Source of the DNA: a bacterium
GTDB lineage: Bacteria > UBA8248
Reading direction: 5' to 3'
Length of the DNA: 64,000 bases
Assembly (NCBI GenBank): GCA_963692865.2
Contig: OY843592.1
Coordinates: forward strand, 2,080,001-2,144,000
The notes beneath the pieces are model-generated. The model saw only the letters and a list, made by a program, of their open reading frames with translations, made no database searches and was not told the DNA's origin. Positions 27,784-38,350 of this stretch are shown here, piece by piece. Each line of letters opens with the position of its first letter. Within the stretch, counting starts at the first letter, position 1. The position numbers and the translations under genes were made by a program.

Positions 27784-29451
27784 GTGGAAGAAATACGCAC
27801 GGACGTATTGGTCGTAGGCGGAGGACTGGCCGGAACGCTGGCCGCTCTGGCCGCGCGCGAAGAGGGGGCGGACGTCTGCATCGCCATGAAGGGCGAGGCC
27901 GGCCTGACGGGTAATTCCGCGCGCGCGGGCGGCGTTTTCGCCACGATTCTGGATGGCTTCTCCCTGCCGGATGATTCCGTTGAAACCATGGTGGCGGATA
28001 ATTTCCGCAGCGGGTGGTTCATGTCCGACCCCGCGCTGGTGCGGACGGTCGCGGCCGAATCGGGCGCGGCCATAGAGCGCCTGCGTGCGCACGTGGTCCC
28101 TTTTCTCGAGAAGAACGGGCGGATGACGCCCACGAAACTCCCCGGGCATACTTATCCTAGGGGTGCGCGCGTACCGGGCGGCGGGCCCCGGATGATGCGG
28201 GTTCTGGGCGCGCGGCTCGCGCAGAGCGGAGCGCGCGTGCTGGAGGGTCTCTCCTTCATCGGTTTGCTGCGTGATGGCGGCGGAAGGGTCGTGGGAGCGG
28301 ATTTTCAAGTAGAGGGAGACTCAAGCCTGCTTCGGGCGCACGCGCGCGCTACGGTTCTCGCGATGGGCGGTTTGGGGGGGATGTACCCCATCACCACGAA
28401 TGCGCCGGGCGTGGCGGGCGTCGGCTACGGGGCGGCTCTGGACGCCGGAGCGCGGTTGCGGGACATGGAGTTCGTGCAATTCACGCCGACGGCGATGGCC
28501 CATCCGCCGCAACTCAGGGGCAGAAACTCAGGGGGCATGGCGCTGTCTTTTCCAGAAACGCGATTGAGAAACAGCCTGAACGAGCGCTTCATGGCCCGCT
28601 ATGCGCCCGATGACATGGAGCACGCCAAGCGCGACGTTCTCTCCCGCGCGATGCACCGCGAAATCGTCGAGGGACGCGGAACGGAAAACGGCGGCTTGTA
28701 TCTCGATTTGACGGCGGTGCCCTATGATGGACTGAGAGACGTGATGGGTGAGATCATCGACGATTTCGAGGCGGCGGGACTCGACGTGCGAAAAGAGCCG
28801 ATAGAAATCGCTCCCGCCGCGCACTCGTGCATGGGCGGCGTCGTCATCGACACCAACGGGCGAACGGACGTAGGCGGCCTCTTCGCCGCCGGTGAGAACG
28901 GAGGAGGTCTGCACGGCGCGAATCGCCTGGCGAGCGGGGGCCTCACCGTGTGCGCCGTCATGGGCGACCGGGCGGGCCGGGCCGCCGCTCATGTGGAAGG
29001 AGAAGGCGGGCCGCCCGAGAAGAAAGAGACGGGCGCGAATGGCACTGATGAGGCGGGTGATGCGCAACTCGATGAAATTGAAGAAAATATCTGCGACGTC
29101 ATGTTTTCCGCTGGAGGCATCGAGCGGACTTCGGGGGCGCTTCAGGGTGGGGTCGAGAGAATCGCCGCGCTGAAAGAGAGGTTGGCCGACGGCTCGACCC
29201 CCGCTTCGCTCGTCTCGCGCCATGCGCAGGCGAGGCTCATGTGCCTGACGGCCGAGGCGATGCTGGGCGCGATGCTCATGCGCGCGGAAAGCCGGGGAGC
29301 GCATGCGAGGTCGGATTATCCCGAACGAGACGATGAGAACTGGCTGGCCAACATTCACGTGTTGCTGGGGGCCGATGGAACGCCTGCGCACGAGAAAGTT
29401 CCCATACCCGATGAATTGCGTGAGGCTTCGTCGCGCCATATGAAGGCTTGA
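27784..29451 (+). CDS. FAD-dependent oxidoreductase, NadB/SdhA/FrdA flavoprotein family
   Basis: VVGGGLAG, DMEFVQFTPT, AHSCMGG, GLHGANRLAS, RAESRGAHARSDYP. Confidence 0.88.
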   Translation: MEEIRTDVLVVGGGLAGTLAALAAREEGADVCIAMKGEAGLTGNSARAGGVFATILDGFSLPDDSVETMVADNFRSGWFMSDPALVRTVAAESGAAIERLRAHVVPFLEKNGRMTPTKLPGHTYPRGARVPGGGPRMMRVLGARLAQSGARVLEGLSFIGLLRDGGGRVVGADFQVEGDSSLLRAHARATVLAMGGLGGMYPITTNAPGVAGVGYGAALDAGARLRDMEFVQFTPTAMAHPPQLRGRNSGGMALSFPETRLRNSLNERFMARYAPDDMEHAKRDVLSRAMHREIVEGRGTENGGLYLDLTAVPYDGLRDVMGEIIDDFEAAGLDVRKEPIEIAPAAHSCMGGVVIDTNGRTDVGGLFAAGENGGGLHGANRLASGGLTVCAVMGDRAGRAAAHVEGEGGPPEKKETGANGTDEAGDAQLDEIEENICDVMFSAGGIERTSGALQGGVERIAALKERLADGSTPASLVSRHAQARLMCLTAEAMLGAMLMRAESRGAHARSDYPERDDENWLANIHVLLGADGTPAHEKVPIPDELREASSRHMKA

Positions 29452-29564
29452 GAGATGTGAGAACTATTGCGGTTTGAAGTTGACACCATAATAGGCGCTA
29501 GAGGATAACCAAGGAATACACACTTATTTTCGAAGAGAATTCTTCTCAAGAATCTGGAGGAGTT

Positions 29565-30749
29565 ATGCAATATCCTTTTACCGAAGAACAATTGGCGCTC
29601 GCCGATCTGACCCGGGATTTCATGGAGCGCGAGGTCGCGCCCGTCGCCGCGGAAATGGACAGGCGGCCCGACCCCAAGGATTGCTATCCGGGCGAGCTTC
29701 TGAACAAAGCGTCGCATCTCGGCCTCCGCACCATGGCGGTCCCGGAGGAGCATGGCGGCATCGGGGCCGACACGACGACCAAGGCCCTTTGCCTCTGGAC
29801 GGGCGCGCAAATCGAGATCGGCGTCATCAAGTGCCTTAGCCAGTGCTGGAAAGTGTCGAACGCGATCTTCAAATGCGGTTCGGAAGCGGTACTCGAAAAG
29901 TGGGGCAAGATGTTCGTGGAAGACCACGATTGCGTGGGCTCGTTCGTGATAACCGAACCGGATTACGGCTCGGACAACATCTACCGGCAGAGCGACCCCG
30001 CGCTGGGCCTCAAAACCTCTGCGGTTCGGGACGGCGATTATTTCGTGCTCAACGGAGCGAAACGCTTCACGTCGCTCACGAGTTGGGCGAAGATTCTGCT
30101 GGTATTTGCGAGAACGGACCCCGATGTTCCGCTTCATCAGGGAACCACCTGCTTTCTCGTGCACGGGGACCAGGAGGGCGTCTCCTACGGCAACGTGCAC
30201 GATAAGCTCGGCTACAGGCTGTATCCCAACGCCGAGAGCTACTACGACAACGTGCGCGTCCACAAGGACGACATTCTGGGCGAGGTCGACAAAGGTTTTC
30301 AGACGTTCGCCACGGTATTCCGGGGCAGCGCGGAACTCCCGGCGTGTAATACGGGCATCGCGCGCGGCATCTACAACTTCTGCCTCCAGCACGCAAAAGA
30401 GCGCATCCAGGGCGGCAAGCCCATTATCGAGCACCAGACGATACAGCACATGCTCGCCGAGATGCTGATGAACATCGAGGTGGCCGAGCAGTTCATGTGG
30501 CGCATCTGCTGGGGCGTGGAGAACGACGAGAGCTACAACACGCGCTTCACGCGGTACGGAAAGGTGTTCAGCGATCAGGTGGCGCTCAAGACGATAGCCT
30601 TCGCCACGGACATTCTCGGCGGCATCGGCATCATGAAGGAGACGCCGACGGAGAAGATGATGCGAGATCTCCTCACCTTCCTGCACGGCGACGGCACGGA
30701 CTCGATGACTTTGCTGCGCGCCGCCCAGACGCTGGACGAGCCGACCTAA
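29565..30749 (+). CDS. Acyl-CoA dehydrogenase family protein
   Basis: VPEEHGGIG, ITEPDYGSD, LNGAKRF, DKLG, ERIQGGKPI, LGGIG. Confidence 0.9.
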   Translation: MQYPFTEEQLALADLTRDFMEREVAPVAAEMDRRPDPKDCYPGELLNKASHLGLRTMAVPEEHGGIGADTTTKALCLWTGAQIEIGVIKCLSQCWKVSNAIFKCGSEAVLEKWGKMFVEDHDCVGSFVITEPDYGSDNIYRQSDPALGLKTSAVRDGDYFVLNGAKRFTSLTSWAKILLVFARTDPDVPLHQGTTCFLVHGDQEGVSYGNVHDKLGYRLYPNAESYYDNVRVHKDDILGEVDKGFQTFATVFRGSAELPACNTGIARGIYNFCLQHAKERIQGGKPIIEHQTIQHMLAEMLMNIEVAEQFMWRICWGVENDESYNTRFTRYGKVFSDQVALKTIAFATDILGGIGIMKETPTEKMMRDLLTFLHGDGTDSMTLLRAAQTLDEPT

Positions 30750-30793
30750 GCGCGTCACAAAGCCGTCATTCCCCGATTTGGGAGAGGAATACG

Positions 30794-31567
30794 ATGGATT
30801 TGATGCTCACCGATAAAGTGGCGATGATCTCGGGCGGCAGCCGGGGTCTGGGCTTCCACATCGCGAAGGATCTGGTGGGCGAGGGCTGCCACGTGGCGAT
30901 CAGCGCGCGGGGCGAGGAGCGCCTGAACCAGGCCGTTGATGAGCTGAACGCGCTGGGCGGCGGGCGCGCTGCGGGTTTCGCGGGCGACGTGACTGAGAAG
31001 AGCGTACCCGGCGCTTTTTTACAGAATACGCTCGACGCGTTCGGCGGCGTCGACATTCTCGTGAACAACGTGGGCGGCAGCAATCCCAAGGCGTTTTTGG
31101 ACATCACGGACGAGGAATGGCGCGAGGGGTTCGATTTCAACCTCTATCACGCCGTGACGCTCTCGCGCCTCGTGATACCGGAGATGAAAAAAAGAGGCGG
31201 CGGCTCCATCCTGAACGTCGCCTCCATCTACGGGCGCGAATCGAAGGGCGCGATGACGTACAACGCTTCCAAAGCGGCGCTCATCAGTTTTTCCAAGGGG
31301 CTCGCCCAGCAGACGGCGCAGGACAACATTCGCGTGAACTCGATTGCGCCGGGCAGCATCATTTTCCCCGGCGGCGTCTGGGAGCGGCGGGTGAACGAGG
31401 CGCCCGACGGCCTCAAGGGCTTCATCGACGCGGAAATGCCCCTGGGCCGCTTCGGCCGACCCGAGGAACTCTCCGCCGTGGCCGTCTTCATGGTGAGCCC
31501 GAGAGCGAGCCTGGTGCACGGGGCCTGCTGGAACGTGGACGGCTCGCAGAGCCGTTCGAATATCTAA
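30794..31567 (+). CDS. Short-chain dehydrogenase/reductase
   Basis: SGGSRGLG, LVNNVG, YNASK, RVNSIAPG. Confidence 0.93.
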   Translation: MDLMLTDKVAMISGGSRGLGFHIAKDLVGEGCHVAISARGEERLNQAVDELNALGGGRAAGFAGDVTEKSVPGAFLQNTLDAFGGVDILVNNVGGSNPKAFLDITDEEWREGFDFNLYHAVTLSRLVIPEMKKRGGGSILNVASIYGRESKGAMTYNASKAALISFSKGLAQQTAQDNIRVNSIAPGSIIFPGGVWERRVNEAPDGLKGFIDAEMPLGRFGRPEELSAVAVFMVSPRASLVHGACWNVDGSQSRSNI

Positions 31568-31580
31568 TCCCTGCTGAGAT

Positions 31581-32549
31581 TCACGAAACTTTCTGGAGTG
31601 GTTCGCGCACGCGCGTGAGCCACTGTTGTTTCAGTGTGCTCTTGACGACGCGGGGAATGCTGAAGCCTATCGGTATCATCCTCGGCTCGACCAGGGGTGT
31701 GGACAATCTCGCCTCTTGAACAGATAGTCCCACCACGTCGATTTTGCCCAGGTCCGTTTCGCCGAAGCCCGTCACGCGGGCGGCTTCCAGGGTTCTCAGT
31801 TTCCCGGGCGAGAGTCCCGCGACCTCGCAGGCGACGCGGTCGAGCGCCACCGGGTCGGCGCTCGCGATGATGAGGCCGACCCGCCGGGGAGTTCCCTGTG
31901 CGGGCCCCTGGCCCTCCATCGCGTATACGGCGTCGAGGACGGAGAGCCTCGTCTTGAGCAGCCGCGCCGTTTCGACGAGCATGAGTGGGAAATAATTCTC
32001 GAAAGTTCCGGCCTTGAAATGCCACCAGGCCTTTCTTTTCCCCGCCACGCAGCCGAAGAGGTTCTTGACCGCGCCCGTCATGTAAAGCTGGCAATGCGTC
32101 TTGAGCTTCGGCAGGTTGACGATTCCGCCCGCATCCATGGCCTCTTTCGCCATGGTGAGGTGCGCGTAGACGACTCCCTCTGGGTTGGGAACCTTCACGC
32201 CTTTCCGGAAGGCAACGAGGGGAAGCCCGAGTTCCTCGCATATCCTCGCCAAACCGGCTTCTCTGGCGCATGAGGCGAGGCTTCCCCAGGCGGGGCTGTC
32301 GCCCATGGATATTTTCCGCGGCGGCGCCGATTTTTGGAAATGCTGCGCCACCGCCCGGAGTATTTCGGGGTGCGTCGTGAGCGCGCTCTCGGGCGACGCG
32401 CCTTTGAGGATGTTGGGTTTCAGCAGTATCTTTTCGGTTGCAGAGGCGAATTGTGACGCGCCGCCCAGCGCTTCCAGAGCCTCGGCGACGGCGTCGTTTA
32501 CGCGCGCTTTCTCATAGTCTTCGCAACGGACAATCGCTACGCGGCTCAT
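31581..32549 (-). CDS. DUF362-domain protein
   Basis: ILLKPNI, TTHP, NLPKLKTH, TGAVKNLFG, MEGQGP, DPVALD. Confidence 0.88.
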   Translation of the reverse strand: MSRVAIVRCEDYEKARVNDAVAEALEALGGASQFASATEKILLKPNILKGASPESALTTHPEILRAVAQHFQKSAPPRKISMGDSPAWGSLASCAREAGLARICEELGLPLVAFRKGVKVPNPEGVVYAHLTMAKEAMDAGGIVNLPKLKTHCQLYMTGAVKNLFGCVAGKRKAWWHFKAGTFENYFPLMLVETARLLKTRLSVLDAVYAMEGQGPAQGTPRRVGLIIASADPVALDRVACEVAGLSPGKLRTLEAARVTGFGETDLGKIDVVGLSVQEARLSTPLVEPRMIPIGFSIPRVVKSTLKQQWLTRVREPLQKVS

Positions 32550-32555
32550 GTGCGT

Positions 32556-32885
32556 TTAACTTTCCTTTTTTATGGCGTCTATCTTTTCGTCGCGCTCCGC
32601 CTCGAGCGCCTCGCGCTCGCTCCTGAATTTCTGGCGGAAGGCGTTCAGCGCGTCTCTGGCCTCGGGTTCGAGTTGCGCTTCGACGGCTTCGGGGGGAGCG
32701 CCTCCCGTCATTTTCATCAGTTCCTGCTGATGAAGGACGTCTTTTTCTGCGATTTTCCCCTCGTATACCTTTTTGATCTCCTCAATCTTGTCCCTTTGCT
32801 CAGGAGTGAGTTTTTCCAGCTCCTGGCGCGCTTGCTCGCCGATGGCGGAAGTTTTCTCCATCGCTATTTCCAGGGCGCTTTTCAT
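32556..32885 (-). CDS. Conserved helical hypothetical protein
   Basis: MKSALEIAMEK N-terminus; GGAGG SD; coiled-coil composition. Confidence 0.7.
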   Translation of the reverse strand: MKSALEIAMEKTSAIGEQARQELEKLTPEQRDKIEEIKKVYEGKIAEKDVLHQQELMKMTGGAPPEAVEAQLEPEARDALNAFRQKFRSEREALEAERDEKIDAIKKES

Positions 32886-33137
32886 AGTAAACCTCCACGG
32901 CAGTATGATGACTTGTGTGGGCAAGGGCATTCTAGGTTGCGCGATAAAGGGGGTCAACATCCGCGTCCTTGAACGAGATTCAGGCGGACACCGCATTCTT
33001 CCGCGTCGCGTAATGAGGGCCTAATGTACAGGTTTTCAGGCGGATAGCGCAGACACCCGTTTTCTCGCATTGCGAGCACTCTATGGGATATAAATTTTGA
33101 TATAAGAAGATGTGATACGCCCACCACTGGAGGAACC

Positions 33138-34106
33138 ATGCGCGAGCCTGTGTTTGATGATGTTCTGGAGGCGCGAAAACGCATCGCCGGCTACTTGCAG
33201 CCCACGCCCTTTCACGAAATTCCCGTGCTCTCAGAACGGCTCGGGTGCCGGTACTTCCTGAAATTCGAGTCCATGCAGCCCGTCGGCGCGTTCAAAGTGC
33301 GCGGCGGCGTGAACCTCGTCTCCAGGCTCGGGCCGGAGGAGAAGCAAGCGGGCCTTATCACGGCCTCGACCGGCAACCACGGTCAATCCATCGCCTATGC
33401 CGCGCGGATTTTCGGAGTCAGAGCGTTAATCGCGGCGCCGAATGGGGCGAATCCGGATAAAATCTCGGCCATCGAGAGGCTGGGGGCGGAAGTCGCGTTC
33501 GCGGGGGAGGATTTCGATGACGCCAGGGTGTGGTGCGAGGAGCAATGTGAAGCACGAGGGATGCGTTATGTTCACTCGGCCAACGAGCCGCACCTCATCG
33601 CGGGCGTAGCGACCCAGACGCTGGAGATCATGGAATCCGAGCCGGATATCGAAGTCGTCATCGTGCCCCTCGGCGGGGGAAGCGGGGTGTGCGGCGCGGG
33701 CCTCGTCGCCAAACACATCAACCCCAAGGTCCACGTGGTGGGGGTCCAGGCGGCAAACGCCCCTGCCTTCTACAAGAGTTTCTACGCGGGGGAATTGCAA
33801 CCCCAGCCTTCGGCGGGCACCTTTGCGGACGGACTCGCCACACGGGTGCCCTTTGAACTCACTTTCTCGATGATTCGTAGATACGTGGATGAAATCGTGA
33901 CGGTCAGCGAGGAGGAGATGTGCGACGCCATCCGGCTGCTCGCCTCTGACGTGCACGTTATCGCCGAGGGCGCGGGCGCCGCCCCGACGGCGGCCGCCAT
34001 GAAGATGGATTTGAAGGGAAAGCGTGTCGCCGGAATCCTGAGCGGTCGGAATCTCACAAGCGAGCATCTCAATATCATCCTCAGCGGCGGGACGCCTCGT
34101 CCGTGA
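33138..34106 (+). CDS. PLP-dependent threonine/serine dehydratase
   Basis: GAFKVRG, ASTGNHGQ, VPLGGGSG, ADGLA, EGAGAA. Confidence 0.92.
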   Translation: MREPVFDDVLEARKRIAGYLQPTPFHEIPVLSERLGCRYFLKFESMQPVGAFKVRGGVNLVSRLGPEEKQAGLITASTGNHGQSIAYAARIFGVRALIAAPNGANPDKISAIERLGAEVAFAGEDFDDARVWCEEQCEARGMRYVHSANEPHLIAGVATQTLEIMESEPDIEVVIVPLGGGSGVCGAGLVAKHINPKVHVVGVQAANAPAFYKSFYAGELQPQPSAGTFADGLATRVPFELTFSMIRRYVDEIVTVSEEEMCDAIRLLASDVHVIAEGAGAAPTAAAMKMDLKGKRVAGILSGRNLTSEHLNIILSGGTPRP

Positions 34107-36676
34107 AATACGTCATCAAAAAAGAGGCCCCGAAGGCGCATGAATCGGGCGGCATGTATGTCGAAGTCGCGCTCAGCGTCCCGCAACTGAGAACGTTGAC
34201 CTACCGGGTGGAACCTGAATTCGTGGGCCGACTTGCGCCCGGGCAGCGTGTGCTGGCGCCGCTGGGCAGGCGGAAGGTGACGGGATACGTCGTCCACCCG
34301 CCGGGAGAGAACCCGCCCCCCGATGTCGAGCCTGCGTCCATCAAACCCGTTCTCGAAATTCTGGACGATGAGCCGCTGCTCACGCCGGAGCTTTTGGAAC
34401 TCACCCGTTGGGTAGCGGAATATTATTGTTGCGGCTGGGGGGAGGCTCTCAAGTACGCGCTTCCGTCTCACAAGGAGAAAAAAACCATTGAGCGCTACCG
34501 CCTGACTGAATCAGGAAGGCGAGAAGCCGCGCTCGAAGAAGGCGGCCTCGGCCTGCCCGGTCTCGGAACCCCGCAGGGAGAAGGCAGTCACAAGACGCGC
34601 CTTCTGGTTGCGCTTCGCAAGGGTCCGAGAACCATCGGTTCGCTTGCGGCGGCGTTCGGGCGCGGGACGCGCCCGGAGCTCATTCGTCTCGTCGATGCGG
34701 GTTTCGTGGAGAAAATCGTTGATGCCGTGGGTGGCTCGAAGCCCCGCAAAGCCAAGTATGTGCGCCTATCCAAGAAACCCTCGGGGGATGACATCGAGTC
34801 CCTCGCGATCCGCGCGAAGTTGCAGGCGGAAATCCTGCGCCTCTTGGAGCAGACTGAAGATGGACGTTTGTGGCTGGCGGAGCTGGAAACCTTCTCGAAA
34901 AGCGCCCGCGCCGCCTGCGCGGCGCTGGAGAAAAAAGGATGGGTCGAAGTGGTGGAAGACATCCATCCTCATGAAGGGAATGTGAACGAATCGCATACAA
35001 AGCCCGGCGCGCCCTCGAAGGCCCTGACGGATGAGCAGAGAGAATCGTTCGAGCTGGTGAAGGCGGATATCGAGGAAAAGAATTTTTCGGTCACGCTTCT
35101 TCACGGCGTTACCGGAAGCGGGAAGACGGAAGTCTACATCCGGCTTGCGCAAACAGCCTTGGAAAACGGACTGGGCGCGCTGATTCTGGTGCCGGAAATC
35201 GGCCTGACCCCCCAGCTCTTGGGACGTTTTCAGGAGCGTTTCGGTCATCGGGTGGCCTGTCTGCACAGCGCGTATTCGGACAAAAAACGCATCTCGGAAT
35301 GGCGGCGGATCAAGAACGGGGATGCGCCCATCGTCGTGGGCACGAGGTCCGCCGTCTTTGCCCCGATTCCGAACCTGGGGATGATTGGAGTGGACGAGGA
35401 GCACGACGCCTCCTACAAACAGGAGGAATCCCCCCGCTACCACGCGCGGGACACGGGCATCGTGCGCGCCAGGAATCTGGAGATTCCGGTCGTGCTGGGT
35501 TCGGCGACGCCGTCGATTGAAAGCTATACGAACGCCAGGAGCGGCCGCTACCGCCTGCGTTCGTTGTCGCATCGCCCCACGGGGGGAGCCTTGCCACAGG
35601 TGCGCCTGATGGATTTGAGAAAAGAGATCGGCTCCGACCCCAAGACGCCGGAGCTTCTCACGAGCGAATTGGCGGCGGCCATCGGCGATCGTTTGGAGCG
35701 AGGCGAGCAGACGCTGTTGTTCCTGAACCGGCGCGGATTTTCCTCGGTCATCTTGTGCCATGATTGCGGCGAGGCGCTCCAGTGCCCTCACTGCTCCGTC
35801 CCGCTCACGTTTCACCGAGAAGGCGGGGGCAGGGCGCAATGCCACTGGTGCGATTACAGCGCCGATCCGCCGAGCAAATGCCCCTCCTGTCACAGTGTGC
35901 GCGTGGGAAATTTTGGCGTGGGGACGGAGCGCGTAGAGCAGGCGGTGAGGGCGCGATTTTCCGGCGCGCGCGTCCAACGCCTGGATCGCGACGCGGTGCG
36001 CCGCTCGGGCGCGTACGAGAGCATATTCGGGGCCATGCGCAGTGGGGAGATCGATATCCTCATCGGGACGCAGATGGTGGCGAAAGGCCATGATTTTCCG
36101 AAACTCACTCTTGTGGGCGTCGTGGTGGCCGACGTCGGGCTTCATCTGCCCGATTTCCGGGCGAGCGAGCGTACTTTCCAGCTATTGACGCAGGTAGCTG
36201 GCCGGGCGGGCCGCGCCGATTTGCCCGGAGAGGTCATCATTCAGACGTTCAGGCCGGATCATTTCGCGGTTCAGTGCGCGCGGACGCATGATTACGCCGG
36301 GTTTTACAAGAGAGAAGCCCTGGCGAGGGAGCGGATGGGCTACCCCCCATATCGGCGGCTGGCCAGGCTCCGTTTCGAGTCCAAGGACAAGCACCTCGCC
36401 GCGAAAGCCGGTGAATGGACGGCGTCTTACTTGCGCAGGCATGGCGCCCCGGCGGCCGGACGCGCCGCCGATGGGAGCGGGGTCGAATATCTGGGTCCTG
36501 CGCCTGCGCCTCTCGTGAGAATTCGGGGGGTATGGCGATATCACATGATCTTGAAGGCCAAAGGGTCGAAGCGCCTGGGTGAAGCGGTCAATTCGCTGAC
36601 AGCGGAATTTGACGGGCAAGCGGCTTTTTCTTCCGTTCGTCTGGCGGTGGACGTGGACCCGTTGAGTCTGATGTAA
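34103..36676 (+). CDS. priA: Primosomal protein N'
   Basis: GVTGSGKTEVY, VDEEH, GSATPS, LNRRG, CxxC zinc motifs, GTQMVAKGHDF, QVAGRAGR. Confidence 0.97.
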   Translation: MKYVIKKEAPKAHESGGMYVEVALSVPQLRTLTYRVEPEFVGRLAPGQRVLAPLGRRKVTGYVVHPPGENPPPDVEPASIKPVLEILDDEPLLTPELLELTRWVAEYYCCGWGEALKYALPSHKEKKTIERYRLTESGRREAALEEGGLGLPGLGTPQGEGSHKTRLLVALRKGPRTIGSLAAAFGRGTRPELIRLVDAGFVEKIVDAVGGSKPRKAKYVRLSKKPSGDDIESLAIRAKLQAEILRLLEQTEDGRLWLAELETFSKSARAACAALEKKGWVEVVEDIHPHEGNVNESHTKPGAPSKALTDEQRESFELVKADIEEKNFSVTLLHGVTGSGKTEVYIRLAQTALENGLGALILVPEIGLTPQLLGRFQERFGHRVACLHSAYSDKKRISEWRRIKNGDAPIVVGTRSAVFAPIPNLGMIGVDEEHDASYKQEESPRYHARDTGIVRARNLEIPVVLGSATPSIESYTNARSGRYRLRSLSHRPTGGALPQVRLMDLRKEIGSDPKTPELLTSELAAAIGDRLERGEQTLLFLNRRGFSSVILCHDCGEALQCPHCSVPLTFHREGGGRAQCHWCDYSADPPSKCPSCHSVRVGNFGVGTERVEQAVRARFSGARVQRLDRDAVRRSGAYESIFGAMRSGEIDILIGTQMVAKGHDFPKLTLVGVVVADVGLHLPDFRASERTFQLLTQVAGRAGRADLPGEVIIQTFRPDHFAVQCARTHDYAGFYKREALARERMGYPPYRRLARLRFESKDKHLAAKAGEWTASYLRRHGAPAAGRAADGSGVEYLGPAPAPLVRIRGVWRYHMILKAKGSKRLGEAVNSLTAEFDGQAAFSSVRLAVDVDPLSLM

Positions 36677-36734
36677 GGGGATTATCCTCAAAGGAGTTTT
36701 TCTCAAGAATCAGGTTTTTGATCGAGGAGGTTGT

Positions 36735-37787
36735 ATGTCTCAGGAAAATTTCAGAACGGCCCTCGTAGGACTCGGGTGGTGGGCGACGCCGATAGGCGAC
36801 GCACTTCGCAGAAGTAAGAAGATAGACCTGGTCGCCTGCTACACGCGCAACGAGGAAAAGCGATCATCCTTCGCGGAGGAGCATGGGTGCGAAGCGGCGT
36901 CCGGCTATGAGGCGATACTGGAGAATCCCGATGTGGAGGGGGTCCTGCTCACCACGCCGAACAAGGTGCATGCCGCCCAAATCATCGCCGCGCTCGAGGC
37001 GGGCAAGCACGTCTGGGTGGAAAAACCGATAACGAACGTATTGGCCGAAGCGCCCGAGGTGCTGAAAGCCTGGCGAGCGTCCGGCAAGACCCTGGCGGTG
37101 GGGCACTGCTACCGGCGCGCGGCGGGACACCGGAAAATCCGTGAATTGATAGAAGACGGCGCCATCGGCCAGCCGCTTTGGGCGGAGGCCGTGTTTTCAA
37201 ACCACATGGGTCAGTTTTTCACACCCGACAGGTGGCGATATTTCAGGGACGAGTGCCCGGGCGGCCCCCTCATGCAGATGGGGATCCACCACTGCGATAC
37301 GCTGAACTACCTGCTGGGCGACCCCGTGAGCGTTACGGGAGTTCACAAAAAGCTGGCCACGCCTGCAGAAATCGACGACGTGACGATGACGATCACCGAG
37401 CACGCGGGCGGCCCCGTCTCGACCCTGATGACGAGTTTCGTGACGCCGGGCGTGTTCACGCTCAAGCTGCACGGCACCCAGGCGGTCGTTTCTCTCGAAA
37501 TGATCAGGGAAAATATCACTCTGGCGCACCGAACGAATGATGAGACCACGCTGGCGATTCAAAAGGCGGGCGAAGCCGGCTGGACGGACGTGCCCGTGCC
37601 CGAAATGGCGGACATGATAATCGATGAGGTGGAGGAATTCGCCGATTGCGCGCGAACAGGCGCAACGCCTGAAACCGGCCCACGAGAGGCCGTCCATGCC
37701 TTGGCGCAGGTGGAGGGTTCGTGCCGCTCGGCGGAAGCGGGAAGAAAGATACAGATGACAGAACTTCTGGAAGGAATCGATGTCTAG
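36735..37787 (+). CDS. Gfo/Idh/MocA oxidoreductase
   Basis: VGLGWW, GKHVWVEKP, MGIH. Confidence 0.9.
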   Translation: MSQENFRTALVGLGWWATPIGDALRRSKKIDLVACYTRNEEKRSSFAEEHGCEAASGYEAILENPDVEGVLLTTPNKVHAAQIIAALEAGKHVWVEKPITNVLAEAPEVLKAWRASGKTLAVGHCYRRAAGHRKIRELIEDGAIGQPLWAEAVFSNHMGQFFTPDRWRYFRDECPGGPLMQMGIHHCDTLNYLLGDPVSVTGVHKKLATPAEIDDVTMTITEHAGGPVSTLMTSFVTPGVFTLKLHGTQAVVSLEMIRENITLAHRTNDETTLAIQKAGEAGWTDVPVPEMADMIIDEVEEFADCARTGATPETGPREAVHALAQVEGSCRSAEAGRKIQMTELLEGIDV

Positions 37788-37826
37788 GAGCCCGTGTTAT
37801 CTGTTGAGCTCCGAGCGAAATTATAA

Positions 37827-37901
37827 TGGTGGGCCGTACTGGATTTGAACCAGTGACTTCTGCCGTGTGAAGGCAGCGCTCTGCCACTGAGCTAACGGCC
37901 C
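37827..37901 (-). tRNA. tRNA-Val (CAC)
   Basis: GGGCCGTTAGCTCAGTGGCAGAGCGCTGCCTTCACACGGCAGAAGTCACTGGTTCAAATCCAGTACGGCCCACCA. Confidence 0.96.
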
Positions 37902-38060
37902 AGAATTTTGCGTTTATCATAGGCCCCATACGGGGTCAAGAACGGATGCGTTCGATGCCGCCTCCAAACTTTACGCGGGTTCAAGCCATCGGCTATGATA
38001 GCGGGAGTTGAAACCTTCATCGTCCAATATTCGCCAGTGAGCTTGAAAGGATAATCTTAG

Positions 38061-38285
38061 ATGAATCAACTGACGAACAATGGGGTGACATACAACCTCG
38101 AGACCCGCGAACATGACCTGTACGGGTTCGGCGTCGACGTCTATATGCTCGATCAGGAGGGCGCCCAGCCCAGGGAGCCCATCGCGTTCATTCCCGGAAA
38201 AGATGAGAACGCCGCGACCATTCTGACGCAGCAATGGCTCAAAATCGCTTTTCCGGCCGAATTACCCAAAGGCAAGAAAAAATAG
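38061..38285 (+). CDS. Small hypothetical protein
   Basis: AAGGA SD; globular-looking 74-aa sequence filling the gap between genes. Confidence 0.6.
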   Translation: MNQLTNNGVTYNLETREHDLYGFGVDVYMLDQEGAQPREPIAFIPGKDENAATILTQQWLKIAFPAELPKGKKK

Positions 38286-38350
38286 CGCCGCCACACGGCG
38301 AAAAAGCCGAGCCGACGGCCTTTTCCCTGTTTTCCAACCGGGGGGACGCC

